A DNA stretch of 64,000 nt, taken from Eledone cirrhosa (Eukaryota). The notes below the pieces were generated by a model, which had not been told where the DNA came from, did no database searches, and saw nothing but the letters and a program-made list of their open reading frames with translations. The translations under genes were made by a program, and so were the position numbers. The DNA is taken from assembly GCA_964016885.1 (NCBI GenBank), contig OZ024741.1, positions 144,274,001 through 144,338,000 of the forward strand, read 5' to 3'. Below are positions 51,928 through 64,000 of the stretch, one piece after another (within the stretch, counting starts at the first letter, position 1; the number at the start of each line of letters is the position of its first letter).

Positions 51928-53711
51928 ATACACCACACGAAAGCAGATGTGGATCGTCTTTACCTTCCTAAAACTCAAGGAGGCCGTGGCCTGATCCAAT
52001 TTGAACTTACCTACAAGAGCACCATCATTGGACTGGCCAAACACCTTGAAACAACAAATGACTGTATGCTGAAACTTGTTGAAAAATATGAGAGAATTAA
52101 GAAGCTTCATTCTATCATGAAGGAGAGCAAAACATATGCTACTGATCTCATGTTTGATCCCCAGGTTGGACAGACTAAAGAAACTGTTGCAATTGATGCT
52201 GCTAAGCACATAAAATTAATGGCGAAAGCAAAAGAGCAAGGACAATTAGCATCAAAGTGGGAGCAGAAACCTCTGCATGGCCAATATGTGGTCCGTAGCA
52301 AACATGCTGATGTTAACCAAAAGCACACCCATCAGTCGCTATGTAGCTCAGGGCTAATAGCAGAGAGCGAAGGCTTCATCTTACCTGCCCAAGATCAAAG
52401 CTTACTGACACTGAATTACGAGGCCAATGTGATGAGAATTGGAGTGCCGATACTGCGATGTTGAGTTTGAAACAGTGGACCACCTATTTTCTGGATGTAA
52501 AGTTTTGGCCCCATTAGAGTAGAAATATAAACACGACAGAGTTGGCCAATATCTACACTGGGTAATATGTCGGCATTATAAAATCAAAGCTGCTGACAAG
52601 TGGTACAATCATCACCCTGAGGCTGTAACTGAAGGAGAAAAAGTAACAATTCTTTGGGACTTTCCTGTACATACTGACGGGACCATAAAAGCTAATAGAC
52701 CTGACATCATTATAAAAGATCAACATAACAAGGTCTGTTTGTTGATAGATATGAGCATCCCATGTGATCACAATATCGCAGCAAAAGAATTTGACAAGCT
52801 ACGAAAATATAAAGATCTGCTTATTGAAATTGAAAATATGTAGCACCTCAAAGCCGTTACAATACCAGTGATTGTGGGAGGACTGGGAATGATCAAGAAA
52901 GGAACAGAACAGTATTTGCGAATGATTCCTGGTTTACCCTCTCTGCAAAAGGTGCAAAAAATTGTTTTGACTGGTACTGCACTCGTATTGAGAAGGGCAC
53001 TATCTCTGTAAGATTGATATCCCTCCTTGTATGGATGTGTGAGTAGAGCACTATCTCTAAGAATGATATCCCCCCTTGTATATATGTGCGGATGTGTATG
53101 TGTGTGTGCGTGAATGGATATCTTTTATTTATATATATGTATGTGTATGTGTATATATGTGAATGGGTATGAATTTGTATCTATGCGTGTGTATGTATAT
53201 ATATATGCATATATGTAAATGTGTGTATGTTTGTGTGTGTATGTGCGTATGTGTATGTTTGTGTGTGTATGTACGTATGTGTATGTATGTGTATGTTTGT
53301 GTGAGTATATATGTATGCGTACATGTGTGTGTGTATATATATATATATATATGTGTGTGTGTATGTATATGTATGTGTATGTGTGTATGTATATGTATAT
53401 ATGTGTGCGTATATATGTATATATGTGTGTGTATATATGTATATATGTGTGTGTATGTATATGTATATATATATATGTGTGTAAGTATGTATATATGTGT
53501 GTGTATATATGTATATATGTGTGTTTATATGTATATATATATGTGTGTATATATGTATATATATATGTGTGTGTGTGTATGTATATGTATATATATATAT
53601 ATGTGTGTATGTATATGCATATATGTGTGTATATGTATATATATGTGTGTATGTATATGTATGTGTATATGTGTGGGTATATGTATGTGTATATACGTGT
53701 GTGTGTGTGTC

Positions 53712-53742
<31 letters not shown>

Positions 53743-53870
53743 TTTTTTATCTGTAAATTATATTCAATGTGGTGTGTTAACTGGCTTACCAATGTATACA
53801 GTGAATTTATTTGCCCTAGGTGTCAGGGAGACACTTGGCATATATCAGAAACAACATTGATGGAAAAGGA
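51928..53870 (+). mobile_element. 5'-truncated R4/Dong-type LINE with microsatellite-expanded 3'UTR
   Basis: KADVDRLYLPKTQGGRGL...AQDQ...RHD...; closely similar to 34618-35845; preceded by (ATG)n. Confidence 0.9.
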
Positions 53871-53884
53871 AACACAATAAAAAT

Positions 53885-54017
53885 AATTGTTTCTACTTTA
53901 GGCACAAGGCCAGCAATTATCCAGTACATTACTGGTACTTTATTTTATCGACCCCGTAAGGATGAAAGGCAAAGTTAACCTCGGCGGGATTTGAACTCAG
54001 ACTGTAAAGGGACGTAA
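53885..54017 (-). mobile_element. 5'-truncated dominant SINE with TSD
   Basis: Flanked by direct repeat AAACACAATAAAAATAAT (~53870-53887 and ~54020-54037). Confidence 0.88.
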
Positions 54018-54049
54018 TAAAACACAATAAAAATAATAACAATAATAAT

Positions 54050-54925
54050 GATTTTTTTATTGACCACGCAGGGCTTACGTTAAGAAACATTAAATACGAT
54101 AGAGGATGGTACAGGACAACAAAGGACTGTACAGTGTAAGTTTTTTCAAGTAAAAGTAAGAAAGAATAACTACTTGGCTTTGTGTGAAACCGTCCTTCCG
54201 GTTTTTATGGGGTGTAGGTCACCAAGTATGCGCTTGGCGTTGCTCCCTCGGAAATCATCGATTTCCTCTGGGAATTTAGTTTGTAGATGTGTATAGGTGT
54301 CTCGTGTTGGCTGAATGATTTGCATATGTGTAGGTATGGGGATTGTAGGTGTTGAGAAATCTGATGTGATGGTTATCAGTGTTTTTATGTATTTCGTTAG
54401 TTCTATAGTCTTTGTGTTCATGGCCATGTAGTTTGTTACGTTAGTCTCTGTGTTGTTTGCTTTTGTTATTGTTGTGAGGGTTGGGTTGCTTTTGTAATGA
54501 TGGTAGTTGTGTTGTTTGTTGTGCCTATGGTAATGGTGGTGGTGTGGTGGTTGTTTGTGATGTTTTTGTCTTCCGGCCTTTATTCTTTTCCTATCCTCTT
54601 TATGAGTGGACGTTGTTCGCTATTTTTAGTAGTTTTCTCTTTTGTCCTTTTCCCTTCTTTTTGTCATCGTCGTCCCCCCTCCCGCCCTGGTCAAACTCAC
54701 CGCATGTCATGTCTGACCGCTCGGAATCGGAGAGTAGAGTAGCATGTCTTTCATTTGTGATGACTGACAGATTCCGTTGTTGTAATGTATTTTGGTATTG
54801 CTGTGGCTGTTGTTTTTAGTAGTTTAGTTTCTTTTGATGGTGATGTTTGTCCTGTTGGTGATGATATTGTAGTCTATGTTTTGGTGGCTATAGCTGGTGG
54901 GTGTTGGGAGAAAAGGGTGAGAACA
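54050..54925 (-). mobile_element. ORF1-only (HAL1-like) Tx1 derivative, 5' truncated
   Basis: ORF 54170-54427 is homologous to the ORF1 C-termini of copies A and B (KFP..I.DFR); ~120 nt after its stop comes the Tx1-type 3' end GTAAGCCCTGCGTGGTCAATAAAAAAATC(ATT)n. Confidence 0.7.
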
Positions 54926-54926
54926 G

Positions 54927-55860
54927 TTACCACAGTTCCCTCGGTCTGTCCAACCTGGATATTTGTCATGAGATCAGTAACAAATTTTCTCCTCTTATTT
55001 AAGATCAAATGAAGCTTCTTACTCCTCTCATGTTTTTCAACGTGTTTCAGCATCCAGTCGTTTGTTGCTTCAAGATATTTGGCCAGTCCAATTGTGGTGG
55101 TTTTGTAATACAGTTCAAACTGGGTCAAACCAAATTGGTGATAAACTGCCTGCTTTGAAGATGCCCCGCTTTATATACACTTCACCTAATTTTTCCTCAG
55201 CTGATCTCAATTCTATATTCCATTTAGCCATTGATTTCTGTATAAGACTCTTGATGTTGTCTGATACCTTAAACATATCCAAATAGTGAAGAATCCAAAA
55301 ATGCGGCTCCAAGTCATGTGTCTTCTTGTAGTCAATCCCAGGTAGGAATGGATTGGTAAGCCTTTTTTTTTTGCAGTTCTTCAGTACCATTTTATCAATC
55401 ATCCGCTGGTCTTTCGTTCTTCAGTTATGGCTGGCATTATAAAATCAAAACTTCTGACAAGTGATATAAGCATGATACTGGGGCTGTAACTGATGGCGAA
55501 AATGTAACGATTATTTGGAACTTTCCCGTACATACATACAGAATCATCAAAGTTAATACATTGAATATTATTGTAAAAGACAAAATAACAAAGTATGTTT
55601 ATTGATTGATATGAACATCCCATGTGATTTAAATATTGCAAGAAAAGAATTTGACAAGCTTAGAAAGCATAAAAATTTGATTATTGAAATTGAAAAAATG
55701 TGGTATCTCAAGGTGAGGTAGGAAAACTAGGAATGATAAAAAAAGGAACAGAAAGTTAATTCAGAATGATCCATGGCTTACTATCACTATAAGAAGTGTA
55801 AAACAATTGTGTTAACTGATATGGCACACGTATTGTGAAGAGCACTATCGCAGTGAGAAA
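54927..55860. mobile_element. R4/Dong-type LINE with 5' inversion (minus 54927-55400, plus 55430-55860)
   Basis: Minus segment IDYKK.HD, RGIF..GSLSP, QFELYYKTTTIGLAKYLE; plus segment homologous to 35197-35636. Confidence 0.78.
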
Positions 55861-56573
55861 GATAATTGAGCACTTTTATATGACTGAATATGTTGTAAAT
55901 ATAATTTTAAATAGAATGTGCACATATATAAAACAAATGATATACTTGTAACTGTGTAAAGTGCGTGATAGGAACAATCTGGGGAACTTATATTGTGGCA
56001 ACAACAACAATAATAAACAATAATAATAATAACGATGGTTCTTGATTTAGACAGAAGGCCAACAATTTTTTGGGGAGGAGAAAGTTGATTAAATCGACCA
56101 CTGCGTTACTAGAGATATTTGTATATACTTAAAAAAGAATGGATACACAATTGTATGTGTTTATTATGTTTTTAACTAAGTACTTGATTTTTTCAATATA
56201 GCTCACAGACGCCTAATATTACCTTTGCAGATCCCAGATTGGGAACCGATGTTTTAGAGTAAGGATTTAACATTGCATTCAGTGCGATGTCTTGGTGAAC
56301 AGTAAGGATGCCGTCAGAAGAGATATGCATGGTGTATCAAATGAGTTTTGTGTGGAAGTAACCTGCCTACGTGCTATGGTCAAAAGATGCAGGTACGTAT
56401 GTATGTATTCATGTATGTATGTTTGTATGTTATTTTTTTTTTCGTTTGATGCCGCTGTTGTTGTAAATGTTCATTTCATTTCATTCTGGAGCTGTTGTTG
56501 CTGTAAACATTAGTGCCGGTGCTGTTGCAGATGTTGGGGTTGAAATCTGGTCGTTTGACTGAGTGATGTAAAT

Positions 56574-56650
<77 letters not shown>

Positions 56651-56914
56651 TTCAACACAGATTAGAGAGTTTGGCAATAGGTCAGTGACTTTAGTCTACA
56701 AGGGTAATGACATGTGTAAATGTAAATGTGGTGGTAGGGAGAGAGTGTAGACGTTATTGTGGTGGCGGGGGCTGTGAGATGTATCTAGTTCATTTGTCCG
56801 TTTTCTTCTCTTTGCAAAATTTGAATTTTAGCCATGTTATATTGAGATGTAAGTAAATGTAAAATGTAAAATATAAATAAGGATTGCTCTGGCAAAATAT
56901 ACGAAAATATTTGT

Positions 56915-58754
56915 GTAACTTCCACAAACTTCTGTCATGATATTCCTGAGTCCATGAATCCTTACCTGAGGACTGGAGAGATGCAGTAATGGTGGTCTTG
57001 TACAAGGGAAAGGGTAACAGGAATGATTGTGGGGACTACAGAGGTATATCATTGCTTTCTGTCGTAGGGAAAGTTTTATGACACACATTGCAGATTGTGT
57101 TCTTCCTGAAAGTCAATCTGGTTTTCGTGCTGGACGCGGCACTACTGATATGATCTTCTCAACTAGACAGCTCCAGAAGAAGTGCATGGAACAAGGTTTG
57201 GATCTGTATCAGGTTTTTGTCGATCTGACAAAATCTTTCGATACTGTTAACAGAAATGCATTATGGAAGGTTCTCGAGAAACTTGGTTGCCCTGATAAGT
57301 TCCTTGCTTTAGTTAAGTCTTTCCATGACGACATGAAGGCTTGGGTTAATGTCGGAAGTAACATGTCGGAGCCTATCTCAATAAAAAATAGAGTGAAACA
57401 GGGGGATATTCCAGCACCGACCCTGTTTGCCGTATACTTTGCAATGGTTTTCTGTATTGCATTCAGGAATTACGAGCATGGTGTTTACATCCGATATCGA
57501 ACCACAGGCAGCATATTTAACACCAGGCGCTTTGCTGCAAAAACAAAAGTATTTACATCAATCATAAGAGACCTCTTGTATGCAGATGATTGCGATCTTG
57601 TAGCGCACACAGAGAGTGATATGCAGCACATTTTGAATGCATTTTCTGATGCTTGCACTGCCCTAGGATTGACTGTCAGTCTCAAGAAAACCGTCGTCAT
57701 GTACCAACCGGTCCCTGGAAAGCAGTACAGTGAACTAAATAACTATGTGTATGGTAATAGACTTGGAGTGGTTGATCAGTTTGTCTACCTGGGAAGCACT
57801 GTCAATCGATACAGCAACCTTGATATTGAAATTCCACTCAGGATTAGGAATGCAAGTGATGCTTTCGGAAAGCTAAAAAGGCGACTCTGGGGTCGGCGAG
57901 ACATATGCAAGAAGACAAAGGTAAAGGTGTACAAGGCATGTGTGCTCTCTTCTCTTCTTTATGTCTGCGAGACCTGGGTCACATATCGACACCACCTTAA
58001 ACAATTGGAGCGTTTCCATCAGATGTGTCTCAGGCGGATCCATGGCGTTCACTGGAGGGACCACATCAGTGATGTCGAGATTTTGGAAAGCTCACTGTGT
58101 GACAGTATAGAAGCTTTTGTGCTTAAGCAAAGACTCCGTTGGAGTGGTCACCTTGCCAGGATGAAGGATTCTAAAATACAAAAACAACTCTTTTATGGAG
58201 AGTTAGTTTGGTATTCTAAACCAAAAAAGAGGTATAAGGATTCCTTGAAAGCCTCTTTGAAAGACGTTAACATCTCTGCTGATACATGGGAAAACGTTGC
58301 TGCTGATCGTAATAAATGGAAAAAGACTGTATATGAGGGAAAAGTTGCCTTTGAGGCATCTCGAATCGCATACGAGAAAGTAAAGCGGGATGTGAGGAAG
58401 GGCTGTTGCATTTCCAGACGGCGAAGGTCCTCCTATGGTGCTGACATGCAGCGTCTGTGCGAGACTCTGCCTAAGCAAAGCTGGACTCGAAAGTCATCTT
58501 CGCAGTCATAAAGTGAGACCAGTGGTTGACTATCAGGCTGCTGTTGGAGATGCTACTCATCATGCCTGCCAAGCATGTGGTAGAGAATGTAAATCAGCAG
58601 GAGGGCTCAAACGACATGCAAAAGTACATGAACTCCAACCACAGCCGGTTATTCCCAGTGAATGTTTTGGGTGCCAACTCTGTGCAAGACATTTTAGTTT
58701 AGATCATTGGCTGGGTTAGAAAGCCACATTCGATCGCAGCACTGTTAGTTGCTA

Positions 58755-58756
<2 letters not shown>
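56915..58756 (+). mobile_element. 5'-truncated RTE/BovB-type LINE: RT plus tandem C2H2 zinc fingers
   Basis: PEDWRDA, DYRGISLLS, PESQSGFR, FVDLTKSFDTV, VKQG, LYADD, FVYLGS, RLRWSGH; then CSVC..HLRSH, CQAC..HAKVH and CQLC..HIRSQH (frameshifted). Confidence 0.9.
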
Positions 58757-58820
<64 letters not shown>

Positions 58821-58838
58821 ATATGTTTATGTGTGTGC

Positions 58839-58880
<42 letters not shown>

Positions 58881-58903
58881 CTATTGTTGTTGTCGTTATT
58901 ATT

Positions 58904-59190
58904 GCCTGTAAATTAAAGGTGCAAAACCTAGTGCTCAGGGTCATCGTGGCTTTTTTAATGGGCTTTCTCCACGAATGTGCCTCGGAAGTCTCCTCCCTAT
59001 TCGGGAATTTTTCATTGTTTCTTTTTTGTTTCATCCTCTGTTTATTTTTTTTTTTACACGCAAAAATGCCCATTTGTACCGTCCTGTATTGTCCTGTATT
59101 GTCCTGTATTGTCCTTAATGTCTTACTTTGTGTAAACCCTTGTGGTTAATAAAGAAAGCATTGTTGTTATTATTATTATTGTTATTATTA
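58904..59190 (+). mobile_element. Tx1-like LINE 3'UTR fragment with (ATT)n tail
   Basis: CTGTAAATTAAAGGTG...GTAAACCCTTGTGGTTAATAAAGAAA matches the reverse complement of 7171-7437. Confidence 0.85.
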
Positions 59191-59355
59191 TGGGGGTTTT
59201 TTCTCGTACAATGGCCATACTCGATAACGAGGGGGAAGCTATCATGTTTGTATGTAAGTCAGTATGTATGTAGTATGTATGTATGTATGTATGTATGTAT
59301 GTATGTATGTATGTATGTATGTATGTATGTATGTATGTATGTATGTATGTATGTA
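59191..59355 (+). mobile_element. RTE/BovB-type 3' terminus with (TATG)n tail
   Basis: CAATGGCCATACTCGATAACGAGG..ATCATG; probably the end of the 56915 element, separated by later insertions. Confidence 0.6.
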
Positions 59356-59890
59356 TATATATATACATATATGATAGTTTCACAAGATATCTTGTTACTA
59401 CCTGCCTACGTGCTATGTGGTCTCAATATGGCGAACGAGAAATGAAATTTCTCATTTATCATATGTCATGGCTCAGAATATAATTCACTATCATATGATA
59501 GAGAAAAGACCTTCATAAGAAAATGCATAAATATATTAATATCAGATGAAAACAAATGAACAAAACTCGCCAGTAGCAAATATAAAATGATGACGATGGA
59601 TTGGGATTCAATTTGATTTATCGATAGAATGAACTAGACTAACTGGATACAAAAGCGACCTTGACCAAAATATATGGCTGACTTGTAAAGCAATGTTTAT
59701 GCGCATGCATGTTTGTGTGTGAATGTGCATATGTGTGTGACACGGTGTACATGAGTATATGTATATGTGTGAAAGTATTTGTTAGTATCATAAATGTGCA
59801 TGTATATGAAAATATAGTTTTAATTTATATGCCTAGACGTATGTTTTTATGCAGGAGTGTATGTGAATATGCGAGCGTGTGCTTCAGCGC

Positions 59891-59941
<51 letters not shown>

Positions 59942-60049
59942 ATGCAAAAAACAGTTTTACTAGTTTTATGCTTGGAGAGATTGGAGAGGGAGGTCAGGGT
60001 GGTAGAGTGACACTAAGTTGTGGGTTAGTAGGGGGTTGTTCAGTGGGTG

Positions 60050-60827
60050 GTGGGGCTGATGTCAGAAGCGCTTGGCGCTATCTGTATTCGTGCGGCCTCC
60101 AAACCCCACAGTGGTGCCTGGCTCCATGCCTTGCCCTCCTTCTCCACTGGCACTCAGTGGAGAACAATAGCCTCCGGATCTGCGAGCCACACCAATGCCA
60201 CTGTGGATCCACCGTGGACTCTTTTGGCCTCCACCCGCTTGCTTGTCGCCACAGTGCCGGCCGCCTTCCATACCATACTGCCCCCAACGAGGTCATAAAG
60301 CAGGGTTTGGACGCTGCAAGCTTCCCTTCCCCGCTAGAGTCGGTGGGGCAGGCCCGAGGGGACGGCAAAAGGCCAGATGGCATGACCATCTTCCCGTTCC
60401 GCGGTGGCAAACCCCTCGTCTGGGATGCCACTTGCACCGACACTTTCTCCAGCCGCAACCTGGTGCAGTCTGCAACTAACCCAGGCTCTGCTGCACGTCG
60501 GGCTGAGGAGGCCAAGCTCTTCAAGTACCGGTCGCTCTCCGACAGGTTTGCGGTTGTACCCTTGGCAGTGGAGACTTCTGGTGTCCTCGGCCCACCTCCC
60601 TACTCACCACCATAGGCGCTGAGCTGGTCAGCCGCAGGTGTGAGCCCAGCGAGCTGGAATGGCTTTTCCAGCGCGTCTCCCTTGCTGTCCTCCGGGGAAA
60701 CGCCTTCTCTATTCTGTCCGCCGGGACTGTGGGGAGGCCACCAATATGATTGACTGACTTGTCATTTTATCAGTAGATGTTTTTAGACGGCCATGTTTGT
60801 TTTCAATGTAGAAATAATAAAAAAAAA
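60050..60827 (+). mobile_element. CRE-clade RLE non-LTR retrotransposon 3' fragment
   Basis: GAWL.ALP, C.CG..VD.FG.H.L.C, GDGKRPDG, WDATCTDT, KY..L, PLAVETSG; A-rich tail at 60815-60827. Confidence 0.85.
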
Positions 60828-60947
60828 CGTTGGACGTTGACATATGTATAGACCTAAATGCAACAATCGTGCACCCACATTCACTTAATTACACATACAT
60901 CTATACACATGCATACTCAAATATATATATATACATTATATATATAC

Positions 60948-61314
<367 letters not shown>

Positions 61315-61754
61315 TTATATATATATTTACATATTGATGCATTTATTTACACATAAACATAACATGTGAACAAGCTATTTATAAAGTGAAAGTTGTCAGC
61401 TCAGTTGATTCTTGTAAACCACTTCACATTAACACTATGAATACACTATTGAGGTCACAAACAATTTCTAGAATTTTCTCGCTGAGTCAATGTACAAATT
61501 CATTGAGGCTTATAATGATAAGTACAGCTCTTTTTGAAGGTGTCATCGATGAATACCGAGTAGGTTTACTTTGTAATGAGCCGTTTCATCAACATATTGT
61601 GCACCGATATATAATAGGTGTGTTTGAATTAGCTTCCTCATAAATGCTGCTCCAGATGTATTTGAATTTGCCGAGATGTGCTCTTTTGATCAAGAGGTCA
61701 CACCAACTTTCACACACACATACATACACAGATACACACAGACACACAAACACA

Positions 61755-61793
<39 letters not shown>

Positions 61794-63452
61794 ACACATA
61801 CACACACAGGCACAGGCAGACAGACACACAGACACACACACACACACGCACAAATACACACAAGAAGAGACAATAATGTCTTGACAATTGAGCTAGCAAA
61901 ACATGCAGTAACAAAAGCAGAGAGGTGCTTTGTCAAATGGTGACTAATATATAGAATCGGCAAAAAAATACATTTGGAAATCCTATTGCATCATAAATAT
62001 CAACGGATACAAGGACTAGAGAAATGCCTTCTGCTTTTAATTAGAAGCGAAATGAACAAAAATCTAGAAATTATATTATAAAAAATAATTGTCTGCTAAT
62101 TTAGGCAATTTCAGGGAAGGGCAAAGTCAATCCAATTGACTCCCAGGAACTACATTTTCTAATATGCCCTTCCTTTTTTAAAGTGGATGAATGTGTGATT
62201 CTAATAGTCAGGCGGCTATGTAGGGCAAGCATCTCCAAATAGACCATCGGCTCCTTCATAGCATCCTTGACTCCTCATCAACCCCCAAAAAATAAATATA
62301 TCAGTAAACAGAATATAAACTAATTATATATACATCAGAAACCTGTATAAGCAAGTTGTATTTTATTGTATTATTTTATGTATTTTCATTTCTTATACAA
62401 ATGCCAGGTTTTGGTCCAAAAGTTAAATCGACCTCATAGGTAATCCCATCGAGCCCCGGCAGTAGATATCGACCACTTTAGGCTCGCATGATGTAGAGCT
62501 TCCGCATATTTATGTAGGTATTCGTTCTTCGCTTTCTGCCACTACACAGTTTCCAGGTTGTTCTGTCTATTGAAACCAAAAATAGGTCATCAATTAGTGC
62601 ATGTAAAAGTTATACAACAAGTTAACAAATCAATGTAACTTATATACAATGTCTCCTCCATTTAGGCGTTCATTCAATCTAATAACACCCATTTATTACT
62701 TTTTTTAAGTTGCATTGTCTACTCACATACGACAAGACTTATATTTTAATATGAACATTTTAATTTGTTTCTACCTAAAATTATTCCTAAATGACGTTTT
62801 CTGACGTATTTCTGAAGTGTAACGCCCTTGGATTAAATATATACGCCCGCGAAAAAAATGTGATCATTGAAGCAAGGAAAATTGGGCTTTTCCAATTTCT
62901 TTTTAATGAATAGAGCTTTTCATATACCACAGATACAACCGCACCCATACTAAACAGAAACAACTCCACCCAAGTGATGTAGGTGAAATATAAAATGTAT
63001 ATAATTGCAGATTTAGATAAGGTATGTATCCGTACATGTAAAACTATCTATAATAATAATATAAAGAATGCATATATTTAGAATGGTTAGACAGTGTATA
63101 GATGTATACTGGCTAGAACCTGCAGTTGATGACCGGTTAGATGCAGTGTATTGATAGATTGCAAACACAGTGTGTACATGTAAACTTATTAGACATACTA
63201 TACTAGACATGAAAAATGCGCAAGCTCAAAAGTGCCACAGAATGTTATAATAAACCTTCAAAAGTGTGGGACTAGAGTTGTTGCTAAAAAATATTGTAAT
63301 CATTATATATCGTACATTCTGTGGCATCCTTTATAAAAATAGCTTAAACCAACGAAGCCTTTATTTTTACGCTATTTCACTTAGTTAATTCTTAGAGTGT
63401 AACATATAAAAATATGATTTACAACTATAAAATAAATTAATTAATATAATAA

Positions 63453-63540
63453 CAGAGCTGCGGAGCTGAAATTTAAGAAATAATGGAGTATCGGATCCTG
63501 AGTTGGAGCCAGTCAATTTTTGGCCGACTCCGCAGCCCTG
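63453..63540. mobile_element. Tiny hAT MITE
   Basis: TIRs CAGAGCTGCGGAG / CTCCGCAGCCCTG; flanks TATAATAA / TATAATAC (7 of 8 TSD match). Confidence 0.75.
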
Positions 63541-64000
63541 TATAATACATTTCATATTAAAGTTATTAATAAACCTATTTTACACTGCATGCAAATTACC
63601 ATGAGATATTGATATTAGATATAAGATACAGCGCAATATCTACAGCTGTAAAAGTACGAAAGCGAAGTAATAATAAGTGGCTTAAGGTAATTCCAATATG
63701 AAAGTTTGTAGTGATAAAAATTTGATAATGCAATACGATTGTTAATATTATAGTTCTATGAAAATGTAACAATAGATAACTAAATTATTTTACTATTAGT
63801 ATATTTAAGAAATTATCATTATAGATTTGATCGTTCATATAAGCATCATATTAATTTTCAACACAATTATTTTGTTACTATGAGTATATGATAATAATAT
63901 TACGTAATTATTTATAGCTGTTATTACATTAAACATAGATGTATTTATTTTTATATGTTACACTCTAAGAATTAACTAAGTGAAATAGCGTAAAAATAAA

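Overview
Eukaryotic, AT-rich, microsatellite-dense animal DNA. The SINE families, the (TA)n/(CA)n load and the LINE spectrum suggest an octopod cephalopod (inference). One host gene is visible: a FAM43-like PTB/PID-domain gene at ~29716-31375 (+) with two short-run frameshifts and a possible ~12.4-kb downstream intron. The rest is mostly retroelement-derived: two tandem full-length Tx1/L1-clade LINEs in (AAT)n with near-identical ORF2 but diverged ORF1/5'UTR, an ORF1-only derivative, five R4/Dong-type RLE LINE copies, RTE/BovB-type and CRE-type LINE fragments, about 20 tRNA-SINE copies and hAT MITEs. The main signal not shown by the ORF track is a set of short fold-back elements embedded in (TA)n between ~25 and 61 kb. 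They carry type I hammerhead ribozyme motifs of the kind known from Penelope-like element termini. These include covarying copies with a shared C-C mismatch in stem II, a 439-bp near-perfect palindrome with one ribozyme per strand, a U4A core variant, and a family keeping only the GAAA/GUC half. All folds were derived by eye and no activity is demonstrated.
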